The notes under the pieces are model-generated. The model ran no database searches and was not told where the DNA came from. It saw only the letters and a list, made by a program, of their open reading frames with translations. 58,751 nt of DNA from a virus (lineage: Duplodnaviria > Caudoviricetes), in IMG/VR virus record IMGVR_UViG_3300019884_000062, positions 1 through 58,751 of that record; one strand, 5' to 3'. Numbering within the stretch: position 1 is the first letter of the stretch; the number at the start of each line of letters is the position of its first letter. Shown piece after piece: positions 24,808-34,051 of this stretch. A program made the translations under genes and the position numbers.

Positions 24808-26747
24808 CGGGAAGCCTCCATCACTGCACGGGCGAAGCTTACTCCACGTCGCTCATCCATGACGCGGCGGGTGTTGCCGGCTCGCATAGAGTTGACTAGC
24901 GCGATGCCGACGTCCACGGTGCCTTCCGACCGGAGGTAGTGGTACCGCACCGGCCTCGGCTTGCTAATCCGGTGAATCCGATCTTCAACCTGGATCATGG
25001 CATCCGAGTCAGCCTCATCAAGCAGCACCATGTCGTCCGCCGAGTCGATCGTGATGGCCACGCCGCCGGCCTTCACGTTCAGAAACATGACGTGCGGGCT
25101 GTCCGTCCCTACAGGACGGTTGAAGCTCTCGATCATGTCGGCTCGGCGGTCATGCTTCGTCTCTCCTGTTAGGACGCAAGCCATCCCATCCGTGTTGCCG
25201 GCGAACAGTCCGAAATAGAACATGTTCAAGAGCCGCGTGAACCTGGAGACAATTACTATCTTGCCGGTAGGATCGGAAGGAATTCCCATCTCCTCCAGAA
25301 ACTGCTGGACCCAGTCGAACTTGTTAGAGGGCAGGCTCGGCATGAAGTCTCCGCCTCGCACATCCCCGTACGCGGAGGCGAACTGCTGGAGCCGCGTCAT
25401 CTCGGCTAGCTCGCCGATGGCATTCAGCCGACCGGACTCAAGCTCCACAGCCGAGTCCTTCTCTATGGCCGCGTACGCCTTCGCTTGGGCCGGCAACATC
25501 GGCAGCCAAATCCCAACCGGTGAGTCGAAGTCGCTCGGGTCGTACGGAGTGCCCATATAGGTCTTCGGCGGCAAATCTGACGCGACCTCGGCTTTGGTGC
25601 GACGCAACACGATCGGGGAGATCTCATTCCACATCATCTGCTCGCGGTCCGGCTTGATCTTGCCGATCTCCCAGCCGGTGTAGCCGCCCGTCCCCCAGTA
25701 CTGCTGGATCCAGCGCCACTTCCCGCTGTATCGCTTGGGGGCCAACCAATTCAGCGTCCCCCAAAGCTGCTCTGGCTTCCCTCGCATCGGCGTACCGCTC
25801 GCGGCAATCGCCAAGCCGTCCGGGCGAATCCGGCCGCGTAGTAGCTCCGCGCCTCGGCGCCTTTGGGTTGGCGTGCCGGACTTCACCACCAACATCTCGT
25901 GCGACTCATCGACCGTGATCGAGCCCCATTCGATGTCGAAGAGTTGGGGAAACTTGTGGGCGTTAACCACCTTCGTCTTCGAGGTCTTGGGGTGCTCGCA
26001 GGCCAAGGTGGGGGTCGGCTTCTTGGTATACGTCGTTGCCTCGCCGCATACCTCGCACTCCCAGTAGGATTTGACCTGCGCCATCTCTGGGTGGATTACC
26101 AGCCAGGTATTCTCAACGTTCGCGGGCCATTCGCTGACGCCGAACCTCCGGTCACGCGTCGCTAGCTCGGTGAGGATCGCGTCGCGCTTCGCCTTGCCGT
26201 CCGGGACCGTCAGGACCTCCTGGCCCACGAGCCAACGCGGGATCTCGCGCGCCCACACGGACTGAACGGCGGTCTTGGGGCAGATCACCAGGTGCGGTCC
26301 GGGGCACTTGGCCTCGATCACGCCGCCTAGCACCTCTAGCGTCTTGCCTAGGCCAGGATCATCCGCGATCAGGACCGCCCTACCGTCCGCGATGAAACGC
26401 GCGCCTACCGGCTGGAACGGACGCGAGAACATGGCCTTGGCGAGCGCTGGCGCTACCTCGGGCACGCGGAGTAGATCGGCACGTGCCGCCGAGGCGAGCG
26501 AGCCCATGGCGCTCCGGCGCTCTAGCTCGGCTCGGTACCACGCGGAGACCTCCGGCCGGATCTTGAGCCGCGCGCCGAACTCCTCTCGGAGCCGCAAGCA
26601 CGTCTCGACCGTGCGCGGGAACGTCCACGCGCTCGCGCGCTTTGACCATCCGGCTCCGGCGATCCGCTTGCATGCCGCGATCGTTCCAGGGTCGTACGGC
26701 GACCGGAGCCAGATGCGGTCCCGGCCTCCCAACTCGATTTCGATCAT
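24804..26747 (-). CDS. SNF2-like SF2 helicase
   Basis: ADDPGLGKT, DESH, SGTP, LRRTK, QVEDRIHR motifs; N-terminal HARP-like region. Confidence 0.92.
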   Translation of the reverse strand: MIEIELGGRDRIWLRSPYDPGTIAACKRIAGAGWSKRASAWTFPRTVETCLRLREEFGARLKIRPEVSAWYRAELERRSAMGSLASAARADLLRVPEVAPALAKAMFSRPFQPVGARFIADGRAVLIADDPGLGKTLEVLGGVIEAKCPGPHLVICPKTAVQSVWAREIPRWLVGQEVLTVPDGKAKRDAILTELATRDRRFGVSEWPANVENTWLVIHPEMAQVKSYWECEVCGEATTYTKKPTPTLACEHPKTSKTKVVNAHKFPQLFDIEWGSITVDESHEMLVVKSGTPTQRRRGAELLRGRIRPDGLAIAASGTPMRGKPEQLWGTLNWLAPKRYSGKWRWIQQYWGTGGYTGWEIGKIKPDREQMMWNEISPIVLRRTKAEVASDLPPKTYMGTPYDPSDFDSPVGIWLPMLPAQAKAYAAIEKDSAVELESGRLNAIGELAEMTRLQQFASAYGDVRGGDFMPSLPSNKFDWVQQFLEEMGIPSDPTGKIVIVSRFTRLLNMFYFGLFAGNTDGMACVLTGETKHDRRADMIESFNRPVGTDSPHVMFLNVKAGGVAITIDSADDMVLLDEADSDAMIQVEDRIHRISKPRPVRYHYLRSEGTVDVGIALVNSMRAGNTRRVMDERRGVSFARAVMEASR

Positions 26748-26917
26748 GAGCCCGTCTCCCACTTCCGGATCACCGCGTTGGCTAGCTCCACCCACGGCTC
26801 TTGCGTTCGCGGGTGGAGCTCATGCCACTCGATACCGGCGCCCCAACCGTCCGGCTCGCCATCACGCCAAGTCTCGAAGGCGACGCGGCCGCACTCGGTC
26901 AAGCGCTCTTCGCTCAT
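26744..26917 (-). CDS. 57-aa hypothetical protein
   Basis: Hand-translated MSEERLTECGRVAFETW...; ATGA overlaps on both sides. Confidence 0.55.
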   Translation of the reverse strand: MSEERLTECGRVAFETWRDGEPDGWGAGIEWHELHPRTQEPWVELANAVIRKWETGS

Positions 26918-27279
26918 GACTCGACGTACCCGCGAGCGTCAACCGCGCGGCCGTCCGAGACGGTATGCGGGTAGACGTACATGCCATCCTCGGGCACCAG
27001 CACCGGCTCCGCGCGCTCGACTCCCTCGATGGGCTTCACGCGAACGTAGTCGTCAACGTCAACGCACGGGTAGCACGAGAAGAAATCGAGGCCACCCGAG
27101 GTCGCGCCGACCGCCACGAGGATGACGTCCGTGTCGGAGTTACGACCGCAACCCTCGCAGTAGGCGCGGGAGTCGCACGACGTCGGGTGGCACTTGAGGT
27201 GCTCCTCCGCCTCAAACTCCCACATGACCAACCCTTCATCGTCAAGTTGGTCGATCGAAACCTTCGCAAACCCGGTCAT
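26914..27279 (-). CDS. Hypothetical Zn-binding protein
   Basis: CEGC..CYPC; GAGGAG RBS. Confidence 0.65.
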   Translation of the reverse strand: MTGFAKVSIDQLDDEGLVMWEFEAEEHLKCHPTSCDSRAYCEGCGRNSDTDVILVAVGATSGGLDFFSCYPCVDVDDYVRVKPIEGVERAEPVLVPEDGMYVYPHTVSDGRAVDARGYVES

Positions 27280-27431
27280 GGGGCGCTCCTCTCGGCTCTC
27301 ACGCGCTTCCGCCGCAAGCCTACCTCAGTTCTCTGTTGCCGTCTACCCGTCCCCGGACCAGCAGAAACTCCTAGAAACCTCAGGCCTATACCCGAGGTAC
27401 CAAACGGGGGTTCCGTTGGCGAGGCTCCAAG

Positions 27432-28208
27432 CTAGCACACCTCGCTGCGCAGCGTCGGAAAGACGCGACGGTACGTGCACAGGAAGTCCTCGAAGTCATC
27501 GGCCTTGAAGGGTAGGAAGACCTCTGGCCAACTCCACCGGGTGATCCGCTTCGAGCCTCGGATGAACCTCGGCCGGTGGACCCCCATGCCGTCTCGGTCC
27601 GCGCCGGGCACTCCGTCGAGCGCGAGCCAGCCGGCTCGCACGCCCGCGTGGAGGTAGAGCGACTCAGGCTCCACCTTGGCCCACGCGCCGATCCGGACCG
27701 CAACGTCGTACGTCGTGACCGGTCCGATCCCACGCGGCCGGATGGTCTCCAGCCGGTCGTGGAGCCGATCGAAGTCCTTGAGGTGCCAATAGGAGGTCGT
27801 ATCGAGGTGGCCATATCCGTTGAGAAACTCCGCCAATATAGCCTCGGCGAACGCCTCCTTGATGACCTTCGGCACCTTCGTCTGGTGGTTGTGCATCCGG
27901 CCGTCCGGCCGTTTCGAGGCGCAGGCGATGACGGTCGCCTCGGCGAAGGTCTTGCGGCTCGCCGCGAAGGTCACGACGTCATCGCGCTTCGCCGCGAGCG
28001 GACCGCCCGGCTCCGTCCGCCACCGCCAGTCCCGGATGATCGCGTCGAGCGAGGTTAGCTCCTCACGCGGCGGGTAAGCCTTGAAGAGCTTCGAGACGTC
28101 CATCATGACATCCAAAGGTAGGCGAAGAATGCGATCCAAACGGCCAAGCCGGCCCAGTGCTCCCACTTCCAGTGCGGTCCCGTCAATCGGATCTTCATCA
28201 GTCGTCAT
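27432..28208 (-). CDS. HhH-GPD/aGPT-Pplase-like protein
   Basis: RGIGPVTTYDVAVRIG..YLHAG...EDFLC motifs; GAGGAG-type RBS before ATG 28208. Confidence 0.5.
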   Translation of the reverse strand: MTTDEDPIDGTALEVGALGRLGRLDRILRLPLDVMMDVSKLFKAYPPREELTSLDAIIRDWRWRTEPGGPLAAKRDDVVTFAASRKTFAEATVIACASKRPDGRMHNHQTKVPKVIKEAFAEAILAEFLNGYGHLDTTSYWHLKDFDRLHDRLETIRPRGIGPVTTYDVAVRIGAWAKVEPESLYLHAGVRAGWLALDGVPGADRDGMGVHRPRFIRGSKRITRWSWPEVFLPFKADDFEDFLCTYRRVFPTLRSEVC

Positions 28209-29025
28209 CCTCTCCGCCGCGCCGCGCCTTGAAGGCGCGCGGGTTTCCGCCGACACGCACGAGCCGGGTGAGATAGAACGCCCGAAAGCCGGTCTGCGGG
28301 CAGACGAAGCTGAAGAGCCGGTCGCCGTTGCGCTCCTCCAGCTTGATGAACCGAGCCGATCGCGTCCGGTCGTTGACGTACGCAACTTCGGTGCCCTGGG
28401 AAAGATCGTTATGCCAGCTCACTACCTTGCCGGAAAGAGCGGCCACGACTTCCTCATCAGTCGCCAGCGCCGGATCGAATGGTAACCGAGCGCGCCTCGG
28501 CTCCGTAGGGGTCTTGCGGAAGAACCGGTTGGCCCGGACCTTTGCCAGCTCTTCGCTGCCGACCTCGGCCGGACGCGCGCCATACTGCTTGACGGCGCTC
28601 GCGTTCTTGAGCTTGATCGTCCGATCCTCTACCGTGTAGGTAGGCATTGGGTCCAAGGTCATCTTGCCGGCGCTCCAGGAGATCCACAGAACCTCGGTCC
28701 CGCGCCGGGCGGTCAACTCCAACACGTCTTCGCTCGCCTCGTGGCCCACGACCGGCTCCACCGTGGCGGCCCAACCGTGCGGCTCCAGCGCCTCGACTAC
28801 GGCAGTCGCCTTCTGCCACGATTTGGACGCTCCTGTGTCGGGAGCGCTCGCCGGTACGTCCGACTGGGTCTTGCGGCTCCGCTGCTTAGGCGCCACGCTA
28901 GCGGCCAGCGCCGCGTCGTGCTCATCGGCCACGGCTCGCGCCGGTAGCTCGGTCCGCTGCGCGTGCTTCGCGGTGCGAGCCGCGTGAGCCGCGCGCCTCG
29001 CTCCCTTGGGGGCGGTAACGGTCAT
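28198..29025 (-). CDS. Hypothetical protein (275 aa)
   Basis: ORF 28198..29112, likely start MTVTAPKG. Confidence 0.7.
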   Translation of the reverse strand: MTVTAPKGARRAAHAARTAKHAQRTELPARAVADEHDAALAASVAPKQRSRKTQSDVPASAPDTGASKSWQKATAVVEALEPHGWAATVEPVVGHEASEDVLELTARRGTEVLWISWSAGKMTLDPMPTYTVEDRTIKLKNASAVKQYGARPAEVGSEELAKVRANRFFRKTPTEPRRARLPFDPALATDEEVVAALSGKVVSWHNDLSQGTEVAYVNDRTRSARFIKLEERNGDRLFSFVCPQTGFRAFYLTRLVRVGGNPRAFKARRGGEDDD

Positions 29026-29065
29026 TTCGGTCCCACTCTCACTAGTCGCCTCGGTTGAGGTTCCT

Positions 29066-29101
29066 GAGCGGAGGCCGGGCACTACGTACCGGCCTCCGCT
29101 C
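29066..29101. terminator. GC-rich intergenic hairpin (13-bp stem, 10-nt loop)
   Basis: GAGCGGAGGCCGG/CCGGCCTCCGCTC just after the 29109 stop. Confidence 0.55.
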
Positions 29102-29108
29102 TCCGGCC

Positions 29109-29636
29109 TCACAGGCCTAGCAGCTTGAGCGCTTCGCTCGCGTTCCGGACCTTACGGCTCTTGCCGTCCACGACCGCGCTCGACACGGCGTAGAGGTAGC
29201 GGCCGGTGAGGTCCCAGCGGAGCACGAGGCCGGTCTCTTTCAGTTCGACCTTGAGCGTCACGGTGCCCTTCCGCGTCGAGACCTTGGCCGCGTCGATCGG
29301 GTACTTGCGGGTGATCCGCGTGGCGATCATGTCGGCCTTCTCGCGACCGGAGAGCGAGCGCCGGACCGTCATCCGCATCCCGGCACGGGAGGTCCCGGCG
29401 CGCTCGGCGTAGTCCTCGGCGGACCGGTCAAGCTCCGGATGGCAGATCCAACAGCCGTCCGTGTCGTTGGAGCCTTCCGCGTCGGTCCCGTGGCCATCGT
29501 CGCTGTGGACGTTCTCCATCTCGGCGAAGGTCATGCACGGGTCGCAGTACGGGAAGACGGTCCCAAACTTCGCCATCATCGCAGCCGCCGTCATCGCCGG
29601 CCGCTTCTCGCAGATCTCGCACCGCTTCGCGCTCAT
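29109..29636 (-). CDS. Hypothetical Zn-finger protein
   Basis: CEIC, CDPC, CWICH; GGAGG RBS. Confidence 0.7.
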   Translation of the reverse strand: MSAKRCEICEKRPAMTAAAMMAKFGTVFPYCDPCMTFAEMENVHSDDGHGTDAEGSNDTDGCWICHPELDRSAEDYAERAGTSRAGMRMTVRRSLSGREKADMIATRITRKYPIDAAKVSTRKGTVTLKVELKETGLVLRWDLTGRYLYAVSSAVVDGKSRKVRNASEALKLLGL

Positions 29637-29806
29637 CGCGAGACCTCCGTCACCCGCACGCGGAATTCGCGACCGTCAGCCCGGACGAAGATTGAGTTCA
29701 GTCCATCCGGGTCATCCTCGTTGACCTCGAAACCCTTCACCGTGCCGGAGTCCTCAGCCGCTACCAGCGCAAACTGGATCATCTCGACTACCCGCTTCGC
29801 GTCCAT
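29633..29806 (-). CDS. 57-aa hypothetical protein
   Basis: Hand-translated MDAKRVVEMIQFAL...FRVRVTEVSR; ATGA overlap. Confidence 0.6.
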   Translation of the reverse strand: MDAKRVVEMIQFALVAAEDSGTVKGFEVNEDDPDGLNSIFVRADGREFRVRVTEVSR

Positions 29807-29860
29807 CACTCTCTCACCGCTCTCACTCGGTCCCGGCGCCTCGCGCGCCGTTCGACCCCA

Positions 29861-29888
29861 ACTCTACCCGTTGAACTGGCGAAAGCAA
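29861..29888 (-). promoter_or_regulatory. SigA-like promoter TTGCTT-N16-TAGAGT
   Basis: Intergenic, just downstream of the hairpin at 29894-29925. Confidence 0.55.
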
Positions 29889-29945
29889 AACCATGGCCGG
29901 ACGGAGATCGCATCGCGTCCGGCCACGGCCGCTCTACCAGCTCAA

Positions 29946-31040
29946 TCACGCTTCGATCGCGCCGGTACCGGTCGGCTCAACCTTGGTCTTGCGCGCACCG
30001 CGAGCGATCTCCACCGAGTCCGCCGCGTCCGCTCCCGCGCGACGACCGGCCACAGCTGAGGCGGAGTAGTGGAGTCGATTCCAGCGCGCCTCATCAGCTT
30101 GAGTAACCACATACGGGCGGTGGATCTTGCACTTTCCGGTCTTGCTCGTGGTTTTCGCGCAATCCGTACAAGGTCCTTCCGGCTCCGGCGTAGTGAAGGT
30201 CTGCGGACGGTACTGCGGGAAGCGCTCATAGAACGCCTCGTCCACCCGCTCCGCGCGGCCGGGCAGCACGAGCGCTCCGCCTTCCGCCTTGTCGGTCGCG
30301 TCGCGCGCGTCCCGTAGACGCCGGTTGTACTGCTGGACGAATGCCCGCGCGTACACCTCGCGGAAGGTGCTGACGGAGACTTCGCGGCCGGACACCGCCG
30401 CGTCTTCTCCGCGCTTCGCACAAGCCGCCCGGTAGAGCCGCGTCACCTTGGCGTTGTTCGCGTGCGAGCCTTCGCCCCAGATCATCTTTGCGATCTTGAT
30501 ACGCTCGATGCCGGCTGAGCGGAGCGCGTAGACGTTGTCCTCATCGGACTTCGCGGGATCCACAGCCGGCTCCAGCTTCGCGATCATCATGAGACGCGCG
30601 CTCCGGTGCAAGAACTCCGCATACCGGATGTCAGATTCGTAGCCGATGACCGTAGCGACGTAACTTCCACCAGTCTCGTAACGGTAGATGTACCGCACGC
30701 CGCAGTGCCGTGCGGTTTCGATCCACAGCGCCAGGTGCTGGTCAGAGAAACGGCTCCGCACGTCGGCTAGCGGAATCTTGTACTCCACGGGAAGGATGCC
30801 ACCCGCATCCTCGGCGATGAGCGCTTCCTCGGTGATCTGGTACTTCCGCATCAAGCGCTCGGCGATGGCCCGCTGGTCAGCCGCGAAGGCGGCATCGGCC
30901 TCAGGGTCGGTCTTGCCCGACATCGACCCGTGGCCATTCTCGTAACGCTCGGCGGTCTCCAAGGCAATCCGAATCGCCTTCATGATTCGGTCGAGGTCTG
31001 CCATCTGCTTCCGGCGAACGTCGCTCGCGCTCTCACTCAC
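29946..31040 (-). CDS. DUF2786-like domain protein
   Basis: EADAAF..AERLMRKYQI N-terminal motif; VIGYESDI; F..AF..RLR. Confidence 0.65.
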   Translation of the reverse strand: MSESASDVRRKQMADLDRIMKAIRIALETAERYENGHGSMSGKTDPEADAAFAADQRAIAERLMRKYQITEEALIAEDAGGILPVEYKIPLADVRSRFSDQHLALWIETARHCGVRYIYRYETGGSYVATVIGYESDIRYAEFLHRSARLMMIAKLEPAVDPAKSDEDNVYALRSAGIERIKIAKMIWGEGSHANNAKVTRLYRAACAKRGEDAAVSGREVSVSTFREVYARAFVQQYNRRLRDARDATDKAEGGALVLPGRAERVDEAFYERFPQYRPQTFTTPEPEGPCTDCAKTTSKTGKCKIHRPYVVTQADEARWNRLHYSASAVAGRRAGADAADSVEIARGARKTKVEPTGTGAIEA

Positions 31041-31243
31041 GAGATCCTACCTTTCCAGTTCAAGGGGCCTAGCAAGCCGAGGTAGCTCCCGAAAGCCCAA
31101 CGAAGTATGGCCGCCGCACCGCGCGGCGAGTAGCCGTAATCCTTGATCAAGGTTCGGATCGCGGCAGCCTGCGAGTCGGACTCGATGGCCACTAGCCACG
31201 CGTTCCAGATCTCTTTGCCGTCCGGCCTAGTCATCACGATCAC
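31037..31243 (-). CDS. Hypothetical protein (68 aa)
   Basis: ORF track; GGGAGG RBS. Confidence 0.6.
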   Translation of the reverse strand: MIVMTRPDGKEIWNAWLVAIESDSQAAAIRTLIKDYGYSPRGAAAILRWAFGSYLGLLGPLNWKGRIS

Positions 31244-31266
31244 CTCCCGGCTCCAATACTACGGCA

Positions 31267-31298
31267 CTGAGGTCCGGAGCGTCTACCCCGGACCTCAG
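31267..31298. terminator. Intergenic hairpin (11-bp stem, 10-nt loop)
   Basis: CTGAGGTCCGG/CCGGACCTCAG just after the 31307 stop. Confidence 0.55.
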
Positions 31299-31306
31299 CA
31301 CCTTGG

Positions 31307-32152
31307 TCAGCTCCAGTTCGCCTTGCCGGCACAGATCCGGCCCATCGCTCGCGCGATGCTCTCTTCCAGGGTGAGGTCGCGACCGCACCTCATGCAGATC
31401 CCATAGAGGGCACCGAACTTCTCGGCCTCCTCCAGCGCCATCCGCCACTCCGGCTTGATCTTCGCCAGAAGGCCAGAGACGTACTCGAAGCGCGCCGAGG
31501 CGCCTTCGACCTTCGAGCCGTCCAAGAGCCCTACGGTCCGCGTCTCTCCGTCCGGCATATCGACGTAGAGCTGCTTGGCATAGAGGTGGCGCGCGTCGCC
31601 GTTCGCGCGGTTCCACTGGACCTTGAAGATGGCGCCGGTAGCCGGATCGCGGTACATGCCGTCCTGCGTCACGCGCTCCGGCGACACGTACGGCTCCGCC
31701 GCCTTAACGATCTTCATTCGCTGCGCAGCATTCTTATACGCGTCGATGAAGCGCTTCGCGAAGTCGAACGGCATCGGCTCCGGCTCATCATCGCGGCGGT
31801 GCGCCTCCACTCGCGTCTCCGCCTCGGCCCGCACGTCTTCGTCCATGCTCTTGTAGCGCGCGAGGCTCGCAACGTACTTCACCATCGGCTCGCTCGCGAC
31901 ACGGCGCGAGCCACCCCGGTAGCCACCGGTCATCCGAGCCGCCGCACGCTCTCCGTCCGCGAGGGAAGCTTGCTGCCGGCGGTAGCGCGCTACCTCGGTC
32001 TCTGTTGGCTCGGCATTCATCTCGGCTCGCGCGTCCGACCGAGCTAGCTGCGCCTCGGGGCGGTCCGCCACCGCTACGCCGCCACCGGAGCACTCCCGCA
32101 CGGCCGCGACCGACTCGTGGTAACCCTTGCACTTACCGCACTTGATCGCCAT
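31307..32152 (-). CDS. DUF6011-like Zn-finger protein
   Basis: C-terminal CMRCGRDLT..ESIARAMGRICA; N-terminal CGKC..H..C. Confidence 0.7.
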   Translation of the reverse strand: MAIKCGKCKGYHESVAAVRECSGGGVAVADRPEAQLARSDARAEMNAEPTETEVARYRRQQASLADGERAAARMTGGYRGGSRRVASEPMVKYVASLARYKSMDEDVRAEAETRVEAHRRDDEPEPMPFDFAKRFIDAYKNAAQRMKIVKAAEPYVSPERVTQDGMYRDPATGAIFKVQWNRANGDARHLYAKQLYVDMPDGETRTVGLLDGSKVEGASARFEYVSGLLAKIKPEWRMALEEAEKFGALYGICMRCGRDLTLEESIARAMGRICAGKANWS

Positions 32153-32153
32153 C

Positions 32154-32459
32154 TCAGCTCACACCCATCAACACGAAGTCCGCGCGGCGGAGGTTCCGGA
32201 GGCGCGGGGGAGTCCAGGTCAGTTTGTCGCTTCGGTCGCGGTTGCACGGCCCGCAGGCCGGCTGAACGTTCGCGCGCCGGTAAGAGCCGCCCGGGATGAT
32301 CCGATCGGCCTGAAGCGTCTCGAAGGTCAACGCAATCTCGCAGTGCACACACGGGGCGGTCTTGCCGTTCCCGAACTTGTGGAGAAGGAAGAACTTCCGT
32401 GCGCGGCGGTCGCCTGCGTTCCCGCGACGGTCATCACCGGTCTGCTGCCGGCGGCTCAT
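32154..32459 (-). CDS. HNH endonuclease
   Basis: CVHC, DRIIPGGSY..NVQPACGPCN. Confidence 0.85.
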   Translation of the reverse strand: MSRRQQTGDDRRGNAGDRRARKFFLLHKFGNGKTAPCVHCEIALTFETLQADRIIPGGSYRRANVQPACGPCNRDRSDKLTWTPPRLRNLRRADFVLMGVS

Positions 32460-32746
32460 CGCGCGCCTGCCTTCGCCTCGCGGAGCGCGGAGACCTTCTC
32501 GCGGTTGACCTCGATATAGATCCGCGATCCGGTGTCCTCGGTCGCGTCGAGAAGCGAGCGCGGATCGGTCAACAGGATCTCCGCCAGGTGACGCTCGCGC
32601 TCGCTGAGCACAACGATCACGGCGAAGGCGGAGTCAACACGCTCCCACTGTCCCACGGTCTCCAGCCGGAAGCCCTGCGCCCGGAGGTATCGGCGGATGC
32701 GCGCCTTCAGCAGCTCATCCTCGGTCATCGGTCCACGTCGCGCCAT
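32456..32746 (-). CDS. Hypothetical protein (96 aa), first early gene
   Basis: ORF track; GGGAGG RBS. Confidence 0.65.
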   Translation of the reverse strand: MARRGPMTEDELLKARIRRYLRAQGFRLETVGQWERVDSAFAVIVVLSERERHLAEILLTDPRSLLDATEDTGSRIYIEVNREKVSALREAKAGAR

Positions 32747-32788
32747 CTCGGGTCACCCTCCCAGGTCTCTCACAACCCATCGAGGCCG

Positions 32789-32817
32789 AGCGTACGCCAT
32801 GAATTCGCGATCGTAAA
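32789..32817 (-). promoter_or_regulatory. SigA-like early promoter TTTACG-N17-TACGCT
   Basis: Canonical spacing upstream of the 32746 gene. Confidence 0.55.
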
Positions 32818-32990
32818 CCCCCTAGGCTGATGGGTTACGCGCGAGGCGCTTTTGAGTTTCAAAGCCGGGCGAAACGGACTACCTCAGGAAACTGCCCTAG
32901 CGTGGAGCCTCCTGTGTCGGACCCCAGGGGGTAGGCGATCCCTTGCGACTGCATACGTTCGTTGTTTCTGCTGGTCAGAGTGCATATGAA

Positions 32991-33074
32991 GCGGGCCACT
33001 CCCGGTGAGAGTCAGGAGTGGCCCGCGAGAAGCGCGACCGGCTCGGCGCAAGGTCGAGTCTACCGAGCCGGTCG
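32991..33074 (-). terminator. Tandem 12-bp GC hairpins ending the late/lysis operon
   Basis: GCGGGCCACTCC/GGAGTGGCCCGC (32991-33026) and CGACCGGCTCGG/CCGAGCCGGTCG (33035-33074) just after the holin stop. Confidence 0.65.
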
Positions 33075-33083
33075 GAAATGCCG

Positions 33084-33473
33084 CTAGCGGCGGACGGAGC
33101 TTGAGTTGGGGTCGGTCACGACCTTGTCGCCGAGCACGCCGGTCTGCCAGGCGAAGGCTGCCGGCGAGATCTGCATCCGCGCCAGGAGCGCGAAGAGCGC
33201 CACGATGGCCGTCGAGACCGACGCCACGAACTGATCGCTCAGATCCAGACCGTACTGCGCGAGTAGCGCGACCACGGCCGTGAAGATGCCGGTGAAGAGC
33301 GGCGGACCGACCGGTCGCGTCGTGGCGGCGATGATGATCGCGTTGGCGACACCGGCGATTGCGAAGGCCGCACCCGGCGTGAGGACATCGAGGCCGAGCG
33401 AGCCGAGCATCGCCAGCACGGCGGTCACGGCGGTCACCCAAAGAGCCGGCTCGCGACCAAAGAGATTCTTCAT
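33084..33473 (-). CDS. Holin, about four TM segments
   Basis: MKNLFGREPALW start typical of actinophage holins; hydrophobic; in the lysis cassette. Confidence 0.8.
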   Translation of the reverse strand: MKNLFGREPALWVTAVTAVLAMLGSLGLDVLTPGAAFAIAGVANAIIIAATTRPVGPPLFTGIFTAVVALLAQYGLDLSDQFVASVSTAIVALFALLARMQISPAAFAWQTGVLGDKVVTDPNSSSVRR

Positions 33474-33528
33474 TCCTTTGCCCCTTTCAGGCGGATTCAG
33501 GGTCGAGTTTAGACGCAAGGCATATTGG

Positions 33529-34050
33529 CTAGTTGGACATAAGCATAGTAGCGATGCCAAAGACAAGCACCAACACAACGCTTATGCCGCCGAGAATTGC
33601 CCCATAGTTCAACCGGCTTTCGCCAACCTGCGCCTTTTGCCCGGCCTGTTCATATTGCGTCTTACGTAGATCGGCGATGTCTTTTTGAATTGGCTCCAAT
33701 GAAGCGGCCCAAGCGACTCGAAGCGCCTCCGCCGAGGTCGCCACCTGGCTTCGTAGCGTCTCCGCTTGAACAGCTGCGACCTCTGTCGCGCGCTGGACCG
33801 CCCCCACATCCACCGCACGAATGGCATCAATTCGAGCCGTCTCCGCTTTGCGTAGCCTGTCTTCGTATTCGGACCGCAAGGCCATAAGCTCGCGAAGATG
33901 GATCGATTCGGCTTGAAGCTTCTCGCCATCCGCCTCGCGAAGATCATCCTGTCTTTGGATAGCAGCCTGGACCAGGTCCAACACATTTTGCGTCGGATCG
34001 ACAACCGGCGTACCGGACGCATCGACTCCCGGTCCAGGCTGTCTTGCCAT
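33529..34050 (-). CDS. Coiled-coil protein with a C-terminal TM anchor (lysis-associated)
   Basis: Heptad-rich; C-terminal ILGGISVVLVLVFGIA; between endolysin and holin. Confidence 0.7.
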   Translation of the reverse strand: MARQPGPGVDASGTPVVDPTQNVLDLVQAAIQRQDDLREADGEKLQAESIHLRELMALRSEYEDRLRKAETARIDAIRAVDVGAVQRATEVAAVQAETLRSQVATSAEALRVAWAASLEPIQKDIADLRKTQYEQAGQKAQVGESRLNYGAILGGISVVLVLVFGIATMLMSN

Positions 34051-34051
34051 G

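Noticed and set aside
32750-33080. attP or lysogeny control region
   Set aside because: No integrase or divergent repressor in the genome; explained by terminators plus an early promoter
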